From Lingula anatina (lineage: Eukaryota; Animalia; Brachiopoda): 64,000 nucleotides of DNA. Below the pieces are notes generated by a model that did no database searches, was not told the DNA's origin, and was given only the letters and a program-made list of their open reading frames with translations. The position numbers and the translations under genes were made by a program. Of this stretch, positions 25,300-38,024 are shown one piece after another (positions within the stretch are counted from its first letter, which is position 1; each line of letters begins with the position of its first letter). Location of the stretch: NCBI GenBank assembly GCA_051362555.1, contig CM120646.1, positions 20,770,001-20,834,000 on the forward strand. Reading direction: 5' to 3'.

Positions 25300-25960
25300 A
25301 TGGATAATGCTGTGGAAGTCACTACATCGGAATGGTACCTTTCTGAAAAATAATCTAGGAAAACTTTGGCCTTCTCTGAATCTGTAATCGCAATTTGGCC
25401 AGTCGAATGGTTTAAAAGGGTTGGAATTGACGTAGTGTATTTTGAACCGATAAGGTTTTTAATAGTCGGCCAAAATAATTTACGACCATTGCCAGGTTTT
25501 TCATCAAGGCTTTCAATTAAACTGTTAAAGTAGGATTCCTTCGTATCCCTTATAAGTTCCTTAACAAGCACAGACTGAGTATCATAACAGAGTATATTGC
25601 CCGGAGTAGGATTGGTTTTCATTTTAGCATAAAGTTTCTTTTTTTTATTTATTTTATGTTTTAGTCTATCAGAAAACCAAGGTTTATCATTCCTTTTAAT
25701 AATTCTTACTTTTTGCGGAATATGCTTTTTAAAGATAAGGAGTAATCTTTCAGTAAAATTTCTAGTCATTTCGTGTATATTATTTTGAGATTGAAAAAAG
25801 GTATCCCAATCAAAGCTTATAATATCATTGTTTAGACCATGAATATTAGCTTGATCATATTTCCAGATTATTTTCTTATATGGCTTATATTTAAGCAGAA
25901 AAACATCAAATGAGGACACGAGAGTGCTATGATCGGTCGATCCAATGGGATCCGAGTCAA
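25300..25960 (-). CDS. Inverted LINE ORF2 segment (end of APE and linker)
   Basis: Minus strand reads PIGSTDH...IWKYDQAN...KHIPQK..KPWFS..FWPTIK..DSEKAKVFLDYF. Confidence 0.85.
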
Positions 25961-26990
25961 AACATGCCTAAAAACTGAATCTGAGAAAAAAAAACACTTA
26001 TATACAAAAAAAGGCATAACTTCATCAAAACTAACCCCAATCAAGATAATTTTGTACATGTATCATTTTAGTCCTATGAATCTGTACTGCAAGTAATAAA
26101 GTAAAATATGACAGGGTTTTTATGATTTTTTTTTTTTTTTAACAGATTTATTTCTACAATCAAGATATACAAAAAAAAAATACATTCAGAGCAGGCGGCA
26201 CGTCGCCACAGCATTATGGGCTCGCTTGCGTTAATGTAATTCTAGTAACAAAATGACTTAAATATGATTATATATAGGTAATGATTATAGTTATGATAAC
26301 ACTAAATAGTTCTTATTGTTGTAAAGGAGAGCAACAGGGAAGGGCACTACAGGGAAAGGCACGGGCGATATATGCGGGAAGTGATATATTAGTTGATCAA
26401 GAGAAGGAGGGTCGGGAGGGTGAACTTATAAAAGCAATTAAGCATTATCAATTAAAAACGTCGAGACAATATCGAATATTTTATCATTCTGTCCAGTTGT
26501 TAAAGTTTTGTGGCCGTGTAGAAACAAAGAAATCTTATCAAGCTGCGTTCTAAAATTTGTATTGTTAGCGCCCAGGAAATTCTGAATAGACAAATGAAAA
26601 TCACGATACTTCAACTGCCTCCGTGGGCACTGGAAGAAAAAATGGCGTATAGTCTCAGGTTTCCCACAAGAGCAGTTCGGAGAATTTACCGAGTCCCAGT
26701 TGTGGTTATATAATTGGGATTTGAACAATAGATCTACACGCGCACGGTTTAGATATTTTTCATTCTTTCTTTCTAACTTTAGGGTGGTAGTAGATAACGA
26801 ACCAGAAAATAGTTCGGATTTCAGAGAATGCTTGAATAACGCGATATTTGGGGTATACTTTCGTTCGAGACTGAGACTATTCCATGAAGACACGAGTAAG
26901 TATTCAGGACCCTGAAATGTAAACTTGGCTGGGATGATGTAATCTCTATACGAGGACTCTCTTGTTTGCGGGGTTATTAGATTTTTAAAA
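25961..26990 (-). repeat. Left arm of ~1.03 kb inverted repeat (reverse complement of 28368-29399)
   Basis: Identical ORF translations on opposite strands (26281-26553+ = 28805-29077-; 26700-26915+ = 28443-28658-). The only differences seen are homopolymer lengths. Confidence 0.97.
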
Positions 26991-26991
26991 C

Positions 26992-28920
26992 CTCCCTGAT
27001 AAAACAAATGCAATTTTGTCAGAAATTGATTTTAATGACACTGAGATCAAAGTAATAATCGATGATATGGATGCATCTAAGGCAAGTGGTCCGGACTCGG
27101 TGACGATAAAAATGTTAAAACTAAGCAAAGATGTTGTTGTGAAACCATTATGTATTTTATTTAATTATATTATTCAATCTAACACCTACCCTGACCTGTG
27201 GAAAATGGCGTTTATTTGCCCGATTTATAAGAAAGGTGACAGAAGTTGCATAGATAACTATAGACCAGTGTCACTTTTGAGCGTCTTATCCAAACTTTTG
27301 GAAAAAATTATTTATAAAAGGATGATTAATCATGTCGTTAACAATAATTTATTGTTTGAAAAACAATCCGGGTTTCTTAAGGGTCATAGCACCGAACACC
27401 AATTACTGGCAATTCAAAATTTGATTAGATCTAACTTTAGAAAGGGCCGAGATGTAAGAGGAATATTTCTTGATATTTCAGCCGCTTTTGATAAAGTTCC
27501 GCATAGTTTATTACTAATCAAGCTGTCAGCCTATGGTATTAAAGGTAACCTACTGTCACTATTATCCTCTTATTTGAGCGATAGAAAAGTTAAAGTCCGT
27601 ATCAACGGCAAGTTATCTGAATCTTCCAACGAATCTTACATCAACACTAGTGTTCCACAAGGCAGCATTCTCGGTCCTCTTCTTTTTCTTCTATATATAA
27701 ATGATTTAGCAGACAACCTTTCTTCAGATTGTTTTCTATATGCTGACGACACGTCTATTTTTCAATCTTCTATTCCTTCTGACAGCCAGTCGCACGATGC
27801 ACTTCAATCCGACCTCTCAAAGCTCGAGGAATGGTCTAACAGATGGAAACTGGAGTTCAAACCTGATAAGAGTTGTGAGGTTATATTCTCTACTAAGGTT
27901 ACAGCGAATAAATACAGAAATCTAATATTATGTGATTTAACGATACCCCGGAAATCATTCCACAAACATCTCGGATTCGTACTAGATTCAAAACTGTCTT
28001 GTGCCGAGCATATAAGTTATCTAGCTACTAAGGCCCAAAAGGCCCTGAATCCTCTTAAGTCCCTGTCCCACAGGCTCAGATCTAGGCACTTGAATATACT
28101 ATATAACGCTTACGTTCTGTCTCTGCTTGATTACTGCGACATCCTATATCACTCAGCAACTAAAAGGAATCTTTCCAAACTTTCTTCTATTCACTATCAA
28201 GCTGGTCTGCTTGTTTTACGTGCTCTGCCCGGTTCGAACACAATCAAAGTGCTTAGAGAGCTGAACTGGGCTACTTTGGAAAACCGTAGAATAATGCATG
28301 CAAAAAAGGTTATGTTCACTATCCATCACAATATGGCTCCTACATATATTATTAAAGATTTCCGGTCTTTTAAAAATCTAATAACCCCGCAAACAAGAGA
28401 GTCCTCGTATAGAGATTACATCATCCCAGCCAAGTTTACATTTCAGGGTCCTGAATACTTACTCGTGTCTTCATGGAATAGTCTCAGTCTCGAACGAAAG
28501 TATACCCCAAATATCGCGTTATTCAAGCATTCTCTGAAATCCGAACTATTTTCTGGTTCGTTATCTACTACCACCCTAAAGTTAGAAAGAAAGAATGAAA
28601 AATATCTAAACCGTGCGCGTGTAGATCTATTGTTCAAATCCCAATTATATAACCACAACTGGGACTCGGTAAATTCTCCGAACTGCTCTTGTGGGAAACC
28701 TGAGACTATACGCCATTTTTTCTTCCAGTGCCCACGGAGGCAGTTGAAGTATCGTGATTTTCATTTGTCTATTCAGAATTTCCTGGGCGCTAACAATACA
28801 AATTTTAGAACGCAGCTTGATAAGATTTCTTTGTTTCTACACGGCCACAAAACTTTAACAACTGGACAGAATGATAAAATATTCGATATTGTCTCGACGT
28901 TTTTAATTGATAATGCTTAA
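26992..28920 (+). CDS. LINE reverse transcriptase with C-terminal CCHC-like motif, uninterrupted
   Basis: KASGPD, NYRPVSLL, QSGF, FLDISAAFDKV, VPQGSILGPLLFLLYINDL, YADD, HLG, CSCGKPETIRHFFFQCP. Confidence 0.95.
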   Translation, partial: LPDKTNAILSEIDFNDTEIKVIIDDMDASKASGPDSVTIKMLKLSKDVVVKPLCILFNYIIQSNTYPDLWKMAFICPIYKKGDRSCIDNYRPVSLLSVLSKLLEKIIYKRMINHVVNNNLLFEKQSGFLKGHSTEHQLLAIQNLIRSNFRKGRDVRGIFLDISAAFDKVPHSLLLIKLSAYGIKGNLLSLLSSYLSDRKVKVRINGKLSESSNESYINTSVPQGSILGPLLFLLYINDLADNLSSDCFLYADDTSIFQSSIPSDSQSHDALQSDLSKLEEWSNRWKLEFKPDKSCEVIFSTKVTANKYRNLILCDLTIPRKSFHKHLGFVLDSKLSCAEHISYLATKAQKALNPLKSLSHRLRSRHLNILYNAYVLSLLDYCDILYHSATKRNLSKLSSIHYQAGLLVLRALPGSNTIKVLRELNWATLENRRIMHAKKVMFTIHHNMAPTYIIKDFRSFKNLITPQTRESSYRDYIIPAKFTFQGPEYLLVSSWNSLSLERKYTPNIALFKHSLKSELFSGSLSTTTLKLERKNEKYLNRARVDLLFKSQLYNHNWDSVNSPNCSCGKPETIRHFFFQCPRRQLKYRDFHLSIQNFLGANNTNFRTQLDKISLFLHGHKTLTTGQNDKIFDIVSTFLIDNA

Positions 28921-29399
28921 TTGCTTTTATAAGTTCACCCTCCCGACCCTCCTTCTCTTGATCAACTAATATATCACTTCCCGCATATATCGCCCGTGCC
29001 TTTCCCTGTAGTGCCCTTCCCTGTTGCTCTCCTTTACAACAATAAGAACTATTTAGTGTTATCATAACTATAATCATTACCTATATATAATCATATTTAA
29101 GTCATTTTGTTACTAGAATTACATTAACGCAAGCGAGCCCATAATGCTGTGGCGACGTGCCGCCTGCTCTGAATGTATTTTTTTTTTTTTTGTATATCTT
29201 GATTGTAGAAATAAATCTGTTTAAAAAAAAAAAAATCATAAAAACCCTGTCATATTTTACTTTATTACTTGCAGTACAGATTCATAGGACTAAAATGATA
29301 CATGTACAAAATTATCTTGATTGGGGTTAGTTTTGATGAAGTTATGCCTTTTTTTGTATATAAGTGTTTTTTTTCTCAGATTCAGTTTTTAGGCATGTT
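28368..29399 (+). repeat. Right arm of the inverted repeat (LINE 3' end, poly(A) and ~165 bp of downstream flank)
   Basis: Reverse complement of 25961-26990. Confidence 0.97.
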
Positions 29400-29948
29400 A
29401 ATTAACAGTCTCATTATTGAACTTATTATAACTAAATTATTGAACTAAATATGTAAAAGTATTCTTTTGACATTTTTTTGCATCTCATCTGTCGCCGCCT
29501 AAAAAACCAGAACAGAAGCAAACAATATGAACTTTTCAGGTAGAGGTCCTTTCAGCTAGCTTGAGAAAAGGGATTTCCGTTTATCATATTTGTTGGATAG
29601 ACCATGTCTACCCGGCCCTGCAGGTAGTCGTATAAACAGTTGCTCTTATCAGCCAGATACCCATCACATGAAGCCATTGTTTGATAACAGGGGCAGTGAC
29701 CATTTTAGAAATTTACGACTAGTTGATATGAATGACTTTGCTCTCACTACAAGTTTAACAAGACGTTCTTTATTTAAAGGGTTAATTAATTTTATGATAA
29801 AATACTGGTAATTGTAATAATGAAAATGGTAACTAGTCGGAGCTGACTGGTGGGTACATGCTTATGACCTCAAATAAACGTATTTAGCAATGAGCAGTGA
29901 TGATGCTTAGGGCATTGCTGAAGTTAACTATATTACCTATGATTTCAG

Positions 29949-32900
29949 CTACTCCTACAATATTTGGCGAGTGTAGCCTACCAGGGAACGTCCAACCTTA
30001 TACGCTTTTCGATGGAAGCCAAACGTGCGGGCCAGGACGTTGCAACTACAACCCATTCTTCTTGCTCTTTGCGACCTCGGCGATCTGCTGCTTTTGTCGC
30101 TCTTTTGAATTTATATATTTGCTCCGGGGATAGAGAAAAGTGATATATTGAATATTTTATCCAAATCAAAAATACAGGTATGGCTATTGTATTAGAACAT
30201 GAATATATGAGCAGCTCTTTTGTTTTTTGCCTCTAGCTTTTCTTGTTTTGAAAAAAAATTGTTTCCCATTATGATGACTGATAATGTTGTAATGTCGCGT
30301 AGCAGAACAGAACTGTGCCCTGTCACGCTATTGATCTGACAGGCCTACCACAAATGTTCGTTTTCCTGATTGAGTGCAGGGTCTCGACTGACACTAAACA
30401 AGTGCACAATCACACGATCTGTACGATCTATAATGGGTAGGATGATGTACGAGCAGGCGGAGAGGGGAGGGGGTGGGCGAGGAGGGGCGGGGCTTTGAGG
30501 GGTGGGAGGGGCGGAGAGGTATGGGCGGGGAGAAGCGAGTCTCAGGTGTATGGCTAGATGTGCACACTTACGAGTCTATGGGCCAAATGCATTTCATTTG
30601 CAGAACGACGTAAAATAAAATTAATTTAAGTCGTTCTTGCCATTTGGAAGTTTAGAAAATCCTTTTTTATCTGAAAAAGGGACACTTTAGTTGGCATTTA
30701 ATTCATTAAATTTTCTCTCTCCACTAGTCACATAGCAATGTGGTGTGTCTGCATTTTTAATAACGGTACTCTGCCTTTTTAATCCCGTGTACTCTTCCTT
30801 TCGTACAGTTGTAAAACAAATTCCTTCTTTCGCTTGCTTCTACTGTCTTGTCTAGAATATCTTGGAGGGTATGTTACATGTTTTATATATGTAGGCGTAA
30901 ATGTACAATTAGCCAATATTACTCAATGTTCGTGCTTCAATAAAAGTATCCTGAACATGATTTTATATTCATATTTTAATCCTGCAAACATCCTTTTATT
31001 CCATAATTCAAACCTTAAAGTCTAAAGCCCCCTTTGTATTTAAGTTCAGAAGCGCACATGTGCGTGCATCTTAATGTAATTTCTAGGTGTACCGTGGTAG
31101 CTGTGAAATCTCGCTATATACGTACACTGTATACAGCGCATGTATTACATGATTTGTATATGTTTTATATAGGTTTTATATACATGTGCATGCACTAGTA
31201 CATGTGTACAGTGTGGCAAAGTGCATGCTTCTTTAAAAGTATCTTAAAAATACCCACAGGCATATTTATATCCTGCGAACCTCTTCATATTTCACAATTC
31301 AGACCTTGGAGACGAAAGAATTTCTTAAATAAAAATTTATGACAGGCGTGCATGTACAAGCACCTCATTTAAGGGCGCAATGTGGTAGATGTGACATCTC
31401 GCTACTTCACGCGAGAAATACAAAAATCTGTCTTATACACGGCACAAGGCCACGATACGAACACCAAGCCATTTCCTTAAGTTATAGTAAGAAAACGAGG
31501 CCTCGCTCAGAATGTGCATTGTCAATGTCAAGAAGGCAGATGTTGTTTTTAAATGATAGGCCAACCAATCAGAACTAAATTATTAAATTAAAAACGGAAT
31601 TAATCATCGAATCTAAAGTGAGGGCAAAGTAATTATTCATAATTCGTGTGAAGGAGAAATTTGCTTTTTTCCAAAGAAAATTAATTTAGACTGGAAAGTC
31701 TCGTGTAGTTTACCTTAATTTATATATTTATGCTAATCACCTTCCCCAGGCGATGCGATCTGTTGCTATTTGAGATAATAGGAGTTTGTTTTTTTAATAC
31801 AGGGATGGTTCGTTTGTCATATATATATTAACGATCTGACACTAGAAGCGTGGCTTTTAGAATTTATTCAGTTTAATTGCTTTGCCATTCAAATATGTGA
31901 ATAAATAGGTTTAAGTCAGTTATAACATTGCATTATCTTGTCTGTAGGGTCAAGTTAAATAGAATAAGCAAGAGCATAGACAAATAAAAGGAATTAATAA
32001 AATATTTGAAAATGTCCCAAGTCATGTTTTTGTCCTGTAAATCATTGTTGAGAAAAATATTGAAATATAGCTCTCTCCTGACAAATCTCACCGCGCGTCA
32101 ACGATCTTGACAAAGTCTTAAAACCGTAATAAATCCTAAAATCAGTTTGAAAATTGAGCTCAAAGGGGTGGTCGAATTTGAAATGATGACAATTTTAACT
32201 TAATTGCGGTCTAATTGTACTTCTATATGTGTTATTTCAATTTTTTTTTTTTTTCAATTCTAATGCTTACATTTCTCAACGGTGTTCTTTGCTTTCCAAA
32301 CGCTGTGTAGTTTTTTTTTTTTTAACGCTCATTAATATTATATTTTATGCATGTCAGTTTCAGGAACACAGTGTAGCACTGATTACGACTGCAACTTCAG
32401 AGTAACGGATTGTCTGGGCAGCAGTACGGGGTTTCCAATTTATTTTGAAGGCACTGGTACCCAGTAATCTCTATATTAAGATCGTATGATTATTTAATTT
32501 ATATCAGCGTGTCCAGATGCAAAAGTTTCATAATTAACAATTGGAATTATAAATTCGATGTTTCATCTTAACTAAGTTGTAAAAAAGAAAAAATATTGAA
32601 AAATTTAGGATCTTCATGACATAAGCAGACAATGCCTTCAGCTGGAAAAGAACTAAATTCGTGGCATGTCGAATTTTTTTTAATGGAAAAGTATTTTTTT
32701 TAAAGGGGATTCGAGACTTTGGTATGAAACAATAAGATAATGCATCCTTAAATATTAGAAATTATCTCGAACTGAAAAAAAAACTATCCATTAATCTTTT
32801 GAGTTAAATACTATGGGTATAATAATAATGTTTATGGAACACTTAATGTGCACATGGCGTGCCATTTGCTGGCTTACTAATCTACGAAGAGTAGTACATT

Positions 32901-33960
32901 ATCTTTGCTGTTTTGTTTCCAGCCGTTTGTATCATTTTTGTGTAGCTTCAACGACAGGCTGATAGTGGACAAGCCATCAGTTTACAGGTGTAACGGGGGA
33001 AGCGCTACTAGTATAGGCAGGTGTGAAGAAGTTGTTGGCAGTAAGTGTCTTTATAAGTTTTCCTACATCATACTTCACCTCCCATTCTGACCGAAATAAT
33101 TGTCTCTGTTTAATAATTGCTTCATGTTCGACATCTGGTATTGTGGCGTAAATGGTGCAAATGTCGAGTTCAGATTCGGAGAAAAGATTAAGTGAGACCA
33201 CTCTCATGTTTATTGGTGTCGGGTTAACTTAATTAAAATGGGTAACAGGAATAGTCCGTCATAAAAAGTTAGAGAGGAGACTGTTTTGGGAGTCTAACAG
33301 CAGGACTTTATGCAGTGCAGTTTTCGTGCTCAAAACAGTTGTTGTCCCCTTTTTACATGAATGGTCATCGGTTTAGTTTTACACACTCGTATGCGCCCTT
33401 TATAAGTGCATCGGTGCGCCCTTGTTCCTGTCCGTAGATAGACAATGTGTTATCTGGCGTTTGGAACTGGACTGCAGACTGAAGTTAAATTCAGAAATAC
33501 TTTCGAAAGCAGGATAAATATCATGAAGGGTGGGCGGGCATTGTTCTAGATTGTGTCTGAATAATTTGTGCTGTGAAATAATTATGCTTCAGGATCTATA
33601 ACCACACAAAGATAAATAAATTGGCAAAATAACTTGCGACTGAGAAAAGTATATTATTTTATATTGGTTTTTGGATGCTAAATTATTTGTTTGTTGTTGT
33701 AAAATTGTTATTAATTGATAATGTATGAATCTACAACATAACTAACTTTTTCAATTTATTAATCTTTTTTTTTTTTTCTTTCAGTTCCACCAGCGTCAAG
33801 CGTCAGCTACCGGGGTATAGTTCTCCCTGTAGCACTCCAGCGTGACCTTTGGAGGACACTGTTATTCCCGAGGGCCCCATATATCACAGTAAATCCGTTC
33901 GATCCCCAGACCTTCTACTCTCTTTACCTTTTGGGCGACCTAATCCCCGTATGAGTATGA
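29949..33960 (+). pseudogene. Paralogue A of the EGF-like/Cys-rich gene family, probably broken
   Basis: Homologous exons: 29949-~30097 (similarity lost after ICCFC, no donor at the expected site), 32358-32464 (ends TQ* early), 32923-33040 (PFVSFLCSFNDRLIVD..), 33785-~33960 (PPASS..RDLWRTLLFP..LIPV*). First exon not identified. Confidence 0.7.
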
Positions 33961-34419
33961 GAAGAGGGTGCCCTCTGCCGGCCAGGTCGCCGTTAAAACG
34001 GGGAGGTTGTAAAACATTAATCGCTGACAATGTCCTTTACATTTTAATGTGGCTGTGACTTCAATCTTTAAATACCACGTAAGGAAGAGGACAGTATGTT
34101 ACTCGTATGGTGGAATGGAAAGGGACTCATTTATTACTGCTCTACCTGACAGATTTATTTGGTGAAAAGAAATAATATTACAATGTAATTCTGTATCTAT
34201 GATAATTTTATTAAGAATTAAATGTATATATTGCGATAGCAATTACAAGCCATCTAATCTACCTATTACGATACATAAACACATTTAAATACATAAAAGG
34301 GGCATCAAACATCACCTGATATGTCCACATATATAATTTCAATAACAATATATTAAATTCAATTAGATGAATAAAATTTAACAGTATGACCACCAAGTGG
34401 TTTATTTTATCTACTGTGA

Positions 34420-34578
34420 CAGGTCCGTAGCCGTGGGAAACGGGGAGGGGGTTCGAATGAAAAGGTCCGCTCCCCGTAAAATTTGAACTACACTGTACGT
34501 ACACGTAGGTTTCGTGGTCTAAGGTACATTATTTCTAAAAAATATCCTCCTCCTTTCAAATTGCTGGCTACGGGCCTG
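34420..34578. mobile_element. Short hAT-like MITE
   Basis: TIRs CAGGTCCGTAGCC / GGCTACGGGCCTG; TSD not evident. Confidence 0.6.
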
Positions 34579-35616
34579 TTTGACATAACTGGTGAGAAGC
34601 AATAATGAAAAGGTGAGGGGAAAATATTGTATCATAAGGCAGGCGTTCAAGAACAGGTCCTACAATTCCTGTGCACATTTTTATAACTTTGTTTTTGTGG
34701 CACAATTGTGGCATAATAGTACACCCACAGTGTCCGTGTCTATTCGGTGAAAATGGCAGATTGTTACTTAAAAAAATAGAAAAAATACCGTAACAATAGT
34801 TTAATGGTCGTATCAATCAAACCAAGGGAAATTGTCTTTAATATTCTATTAATTTTATCGTAAACAAAATATACAGAATTCCGCTCATAAATATTTGTAG
34901 ATGTTTCATAAATAATTATTCAAAATTCACCATGATATTAAGTCCAATATATCAAGTTTAACCAGGCTAACGAGGTCCGAGGCCCTTTTAAGAACTAAAA
35001 AAGAAGATTGAAATCAGTCCGCCCTAGAGGTCAAAGTTCAACCAACCATGTAATAGACAAAAGTAGCATGGCTATAAGTCGCTCTGTTTATCAAAATCTT
35101 GTGGTTTTAAAGTCGAGAGAATGTACACTGTAGTTGTAGATCGTATCGCTTTTGTCTTAAAACTACACCACAGAGAGGCAAAGATGCGCGGTCACGTTTT
35201 TTTTTTTCTTTTTTCGCTGCAGTAATTTCCCATATACATATGTTCCTTTTTATGTTTTATGTTATGTAAGCCCCATCAAAACTATGCTGATATTTTAGCT
35301 TTCCTATGTTAACATTTTTTCTGCCAAACGGATTATACATGTATTATTAAAATCAAACTGAAGCACACCCTTTTACACCACGGTGATTTTTTATGTAATC
35401 AAAGTAATGGATGAGTATATCTCTCCTCAAGCACAGCCTAGATAATCTCTTGATACAAGAAGTTATGTCGCATCTCATTTTACAAAAAAAAAAAATCTGA
35501 TGTGAATGACCATTTTAACTTGTCCTGATGCCTGCAAACATACTTTGTAAATCAAATTTGTCGATCAAATAAGGAAAACAAAGAAACCAGAGCAATATTT
35601 TTCATGTAAGTGTACC

Positions 35617-35950
35617 GACCGGATCGCCTTGTGGTCTGAGTTTCCGCATCCAGAGCGGGAAGACGCCCGCCCAGGGACATACCAGTCCTTAATAAACGGT
35701 ACCTGGTGTCTCCCTGCTTGGCCCTCAGCACTTAGGGGTTAAACCAGGGGTTAAGTTATTGTCCTCTCAGAGAAAGATGCTGTTCCTTCGCTAGCTTTCA
35801 GCGCCTCATACGGCCTCATCCAGCTCGGCTGGATCCCTCATGGAGGCGAGAGTCTGTATCCTGGGCCAAAAACGACCAGGATGCGTGCGATGTAATAACG
35901 CGCTGAGACGCATATGTGAAGTGCAATAAATAAGAAGTAAACTTTATCTT
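35617..35950 (+). mobile_element. tRNA-derived SINE (MetaSINE-like core)
   Basis: A-box-like head GACCGGATCGCCTTGTGGTC, core CATACCAGTCCTTAATAAACGGTACCTGGTGTCTCCCTGCTTGGCCCTCAGCAC, LINE-like tail GCGCTGAGACG..AATAAATAAG. Family assignment is from memory. Confidence 0.6.
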
Positions 35951-37027
35951 TTAATTAAATTTAATTAAAGTGGCTGAACTGAACGGTGCATGACTGATGA
36001 AACTGAACACACTGCGGTGAACTGGGGGTTAATTATTTTAGATATAGTTCGCATCGCGTTCCTTAAAATGGTTCTAAGTTCACGCATATGAGAGATAAAA
36101 TCAAGCGCATACGTGTGTTGATTAAAATTTCCATCACAGTGACTTCAAATTACCACAGCCCAAATAGAAAAGCTATTACTGAGAAAATTGGCGGGTTGCC
36201 AACATGACCTTCGCACAAAACGGAGCAACCGTGAAGGGTCAGTAAAGATTCAGGCGTTTGACTGATAAGGAAAGTTAATGGCTGGTGGTATCTAATTTAG
36301 TTTGCGGACGCTACTGATATAGAACCAAGTAACTCATTATTCATACATGTATATACATGTACATCCACAATCTGCCTACCACGGATTATCAAGATACTAT
36401 CATATTCGAATCTGAGATCTGAGGTTTGATTTCAAGTCCTGAATACCTGGACATCCTTAAATTTGGATTCAAACAAGGCTAACAGAAAATTTCGACACTC
36501 GCTGTTTACCATACTCTAAAATCCAACTCGTGTTGGTCCCCAGCCATACAAGACATACATATATCATCTTTATACTGGAGATCAATAATGCCATAAAAAG
36601 ACAATACTTAGCGTGGTCGTTTACTCTACACACGGGCGTAAGTTTGGCGCTGGATCAGCTAAGGACAGTATAGTTACGTTGAACGGTTTTGACAAAAAAA
36701 TGTGTTCAAATGAATCGCCGTATAACCCCTAAGATGGGCGATAAGCGCAAATGTAATGGGCAGTAAGTTGAGGTCAACGTGAATTTCACAACAGGGAATG
36801 CATTTTAAAAATGATCTAAATTGTATGATTTACATAATTACATGCACATACGTTTTCATAAAGACAATTTTTGTTATGGGCTACATGCGCGTGAGAACCA
36901 TGTATTTGTCTTTATTAGTTTGATATACCAATTTCTTTTCACTTATCAAATTCAAAATTCTAAATTGGATTCACAATAATTAACATATATCCTCTTTTTA
37001 ATAACGTCTACGGTTACGGCACGGTTA

Positions 37028-37240
37028 CCTGGTCAGTCTTATACGTGGCACAACCTGCGGGCTTTACGTAGCTTAATAGAGCACATGTTTCCTTAATTAT
37101 GCTAATTATCATTCCCTTTTGTTTGATCAGATAGTAGGGCGTATGTTAATTTCTACAGAGATGGTGCATGTTCATAAGCACGGTATTTCCTGGTAATGAA
37201 CGCCTTGCTGTCAATATCTGTTGACCGGACTATAAAAGAG
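37028..37240 (+). promoter_or_regulatory. Conserved proximal promoter of paralogue B with TATA box
   Basis: TATAAAAG at 37231, ~108 bp upstream of the ATG; ~200-bp block conserved with 42847-43055 upstream of paralogue C. Confidence 0.65.
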
Positions 37241-37338
37241 AGTGCGGTTCTCTCGGTTCTCGCAGTTCTACCTCTGAACACGTTGGCGTTGCCCTAGGTG
37301 CAGGAAAACGACGTCGCCTGTTACAACAGTTGTTCAAA

Positions 37339-37974
37339 ATGGGTAAGTATGAACTTTTCCATTGTTTTATTTTCCAGTATTTAAGCCTAGGTTACAATTT
37401 CCAGGGGCGCCGCACGATTAAACCGTATAAGATTTTCCGTATCTTTTTTTTTTTTTACATCGCAAGTAGCTATGGGCTACGGCGAGTAAGTTTACGTTAT
37501 GTGCGGGTGCCGTGCCGTTCCTCCGATAGGACTTGGGGTGGTAGGTTTGTCAGTTGAAAAATTATTGAACGTAGCCCTTTCAATCTCAGTGCGGTAGCGG
37601 GACGCCTTCCGTGCGGCTTTTTTTACCCATGTGGTCAGATAAGAGAAAATCCCAATTTCAAATTTATGCAAGTGAATTACATTAAGTATAAAACATCTTT
37701 ACCGGCGCTAGTTTTAGCTTGACCAAATTGTGGAGGCTGCAGAGGTTGTGAAACCGCACAGACGCCGCACTTAACGGGATTTACGGAAAGTATACGCGAC
37801 TTCGTATGACAATTCTAATCGTGCTTTAGTCCAAGTTTAAAGCCTTGCTCACAACCGGGCGATCGAATTTTAGTATCGTATGTCCCCTACAAATTTTGGG
37901 TCCAGTGGACGCCGGGGGGGGGGGGGGGGGGGGTTGTAGAGGTAGAGGAAACGCCGCACTCCTGCCGGGCGCTC

Positions 37975-38024
<50 letters not shown>

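Larger units (their letters stand above)
24555..29234 (+). mobile_element. Young CR1/L2-group LINE, internally rearranged
   Basis: APE endonuclease and RT ORFs, 3' UTR with AATAAA and poly(A) at 29223-29235. Candidate 12-bp TSD ATCATAAAAACC at 24543-24554 and 29235-29246. Confidence 0.85.

Noticed and set aside
25300-26990. Classical twin-priming 5' inversion
   Set aside because: Twin priming does not duplicate the 3' end and downstream flank, and the 5'-most segment here keeps the + orientation.
26438-27013. 191-aa minus-strand ORF as an independent gene
   Set aside because: It is the inverted copy of the RT C-terminus with a chance start across the junction.
30455-30535. G-rich tract able to form a G-quadruplex
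   Set aside because: Low-complexity intronic sequence of a broken paralogue; no evidence of function.
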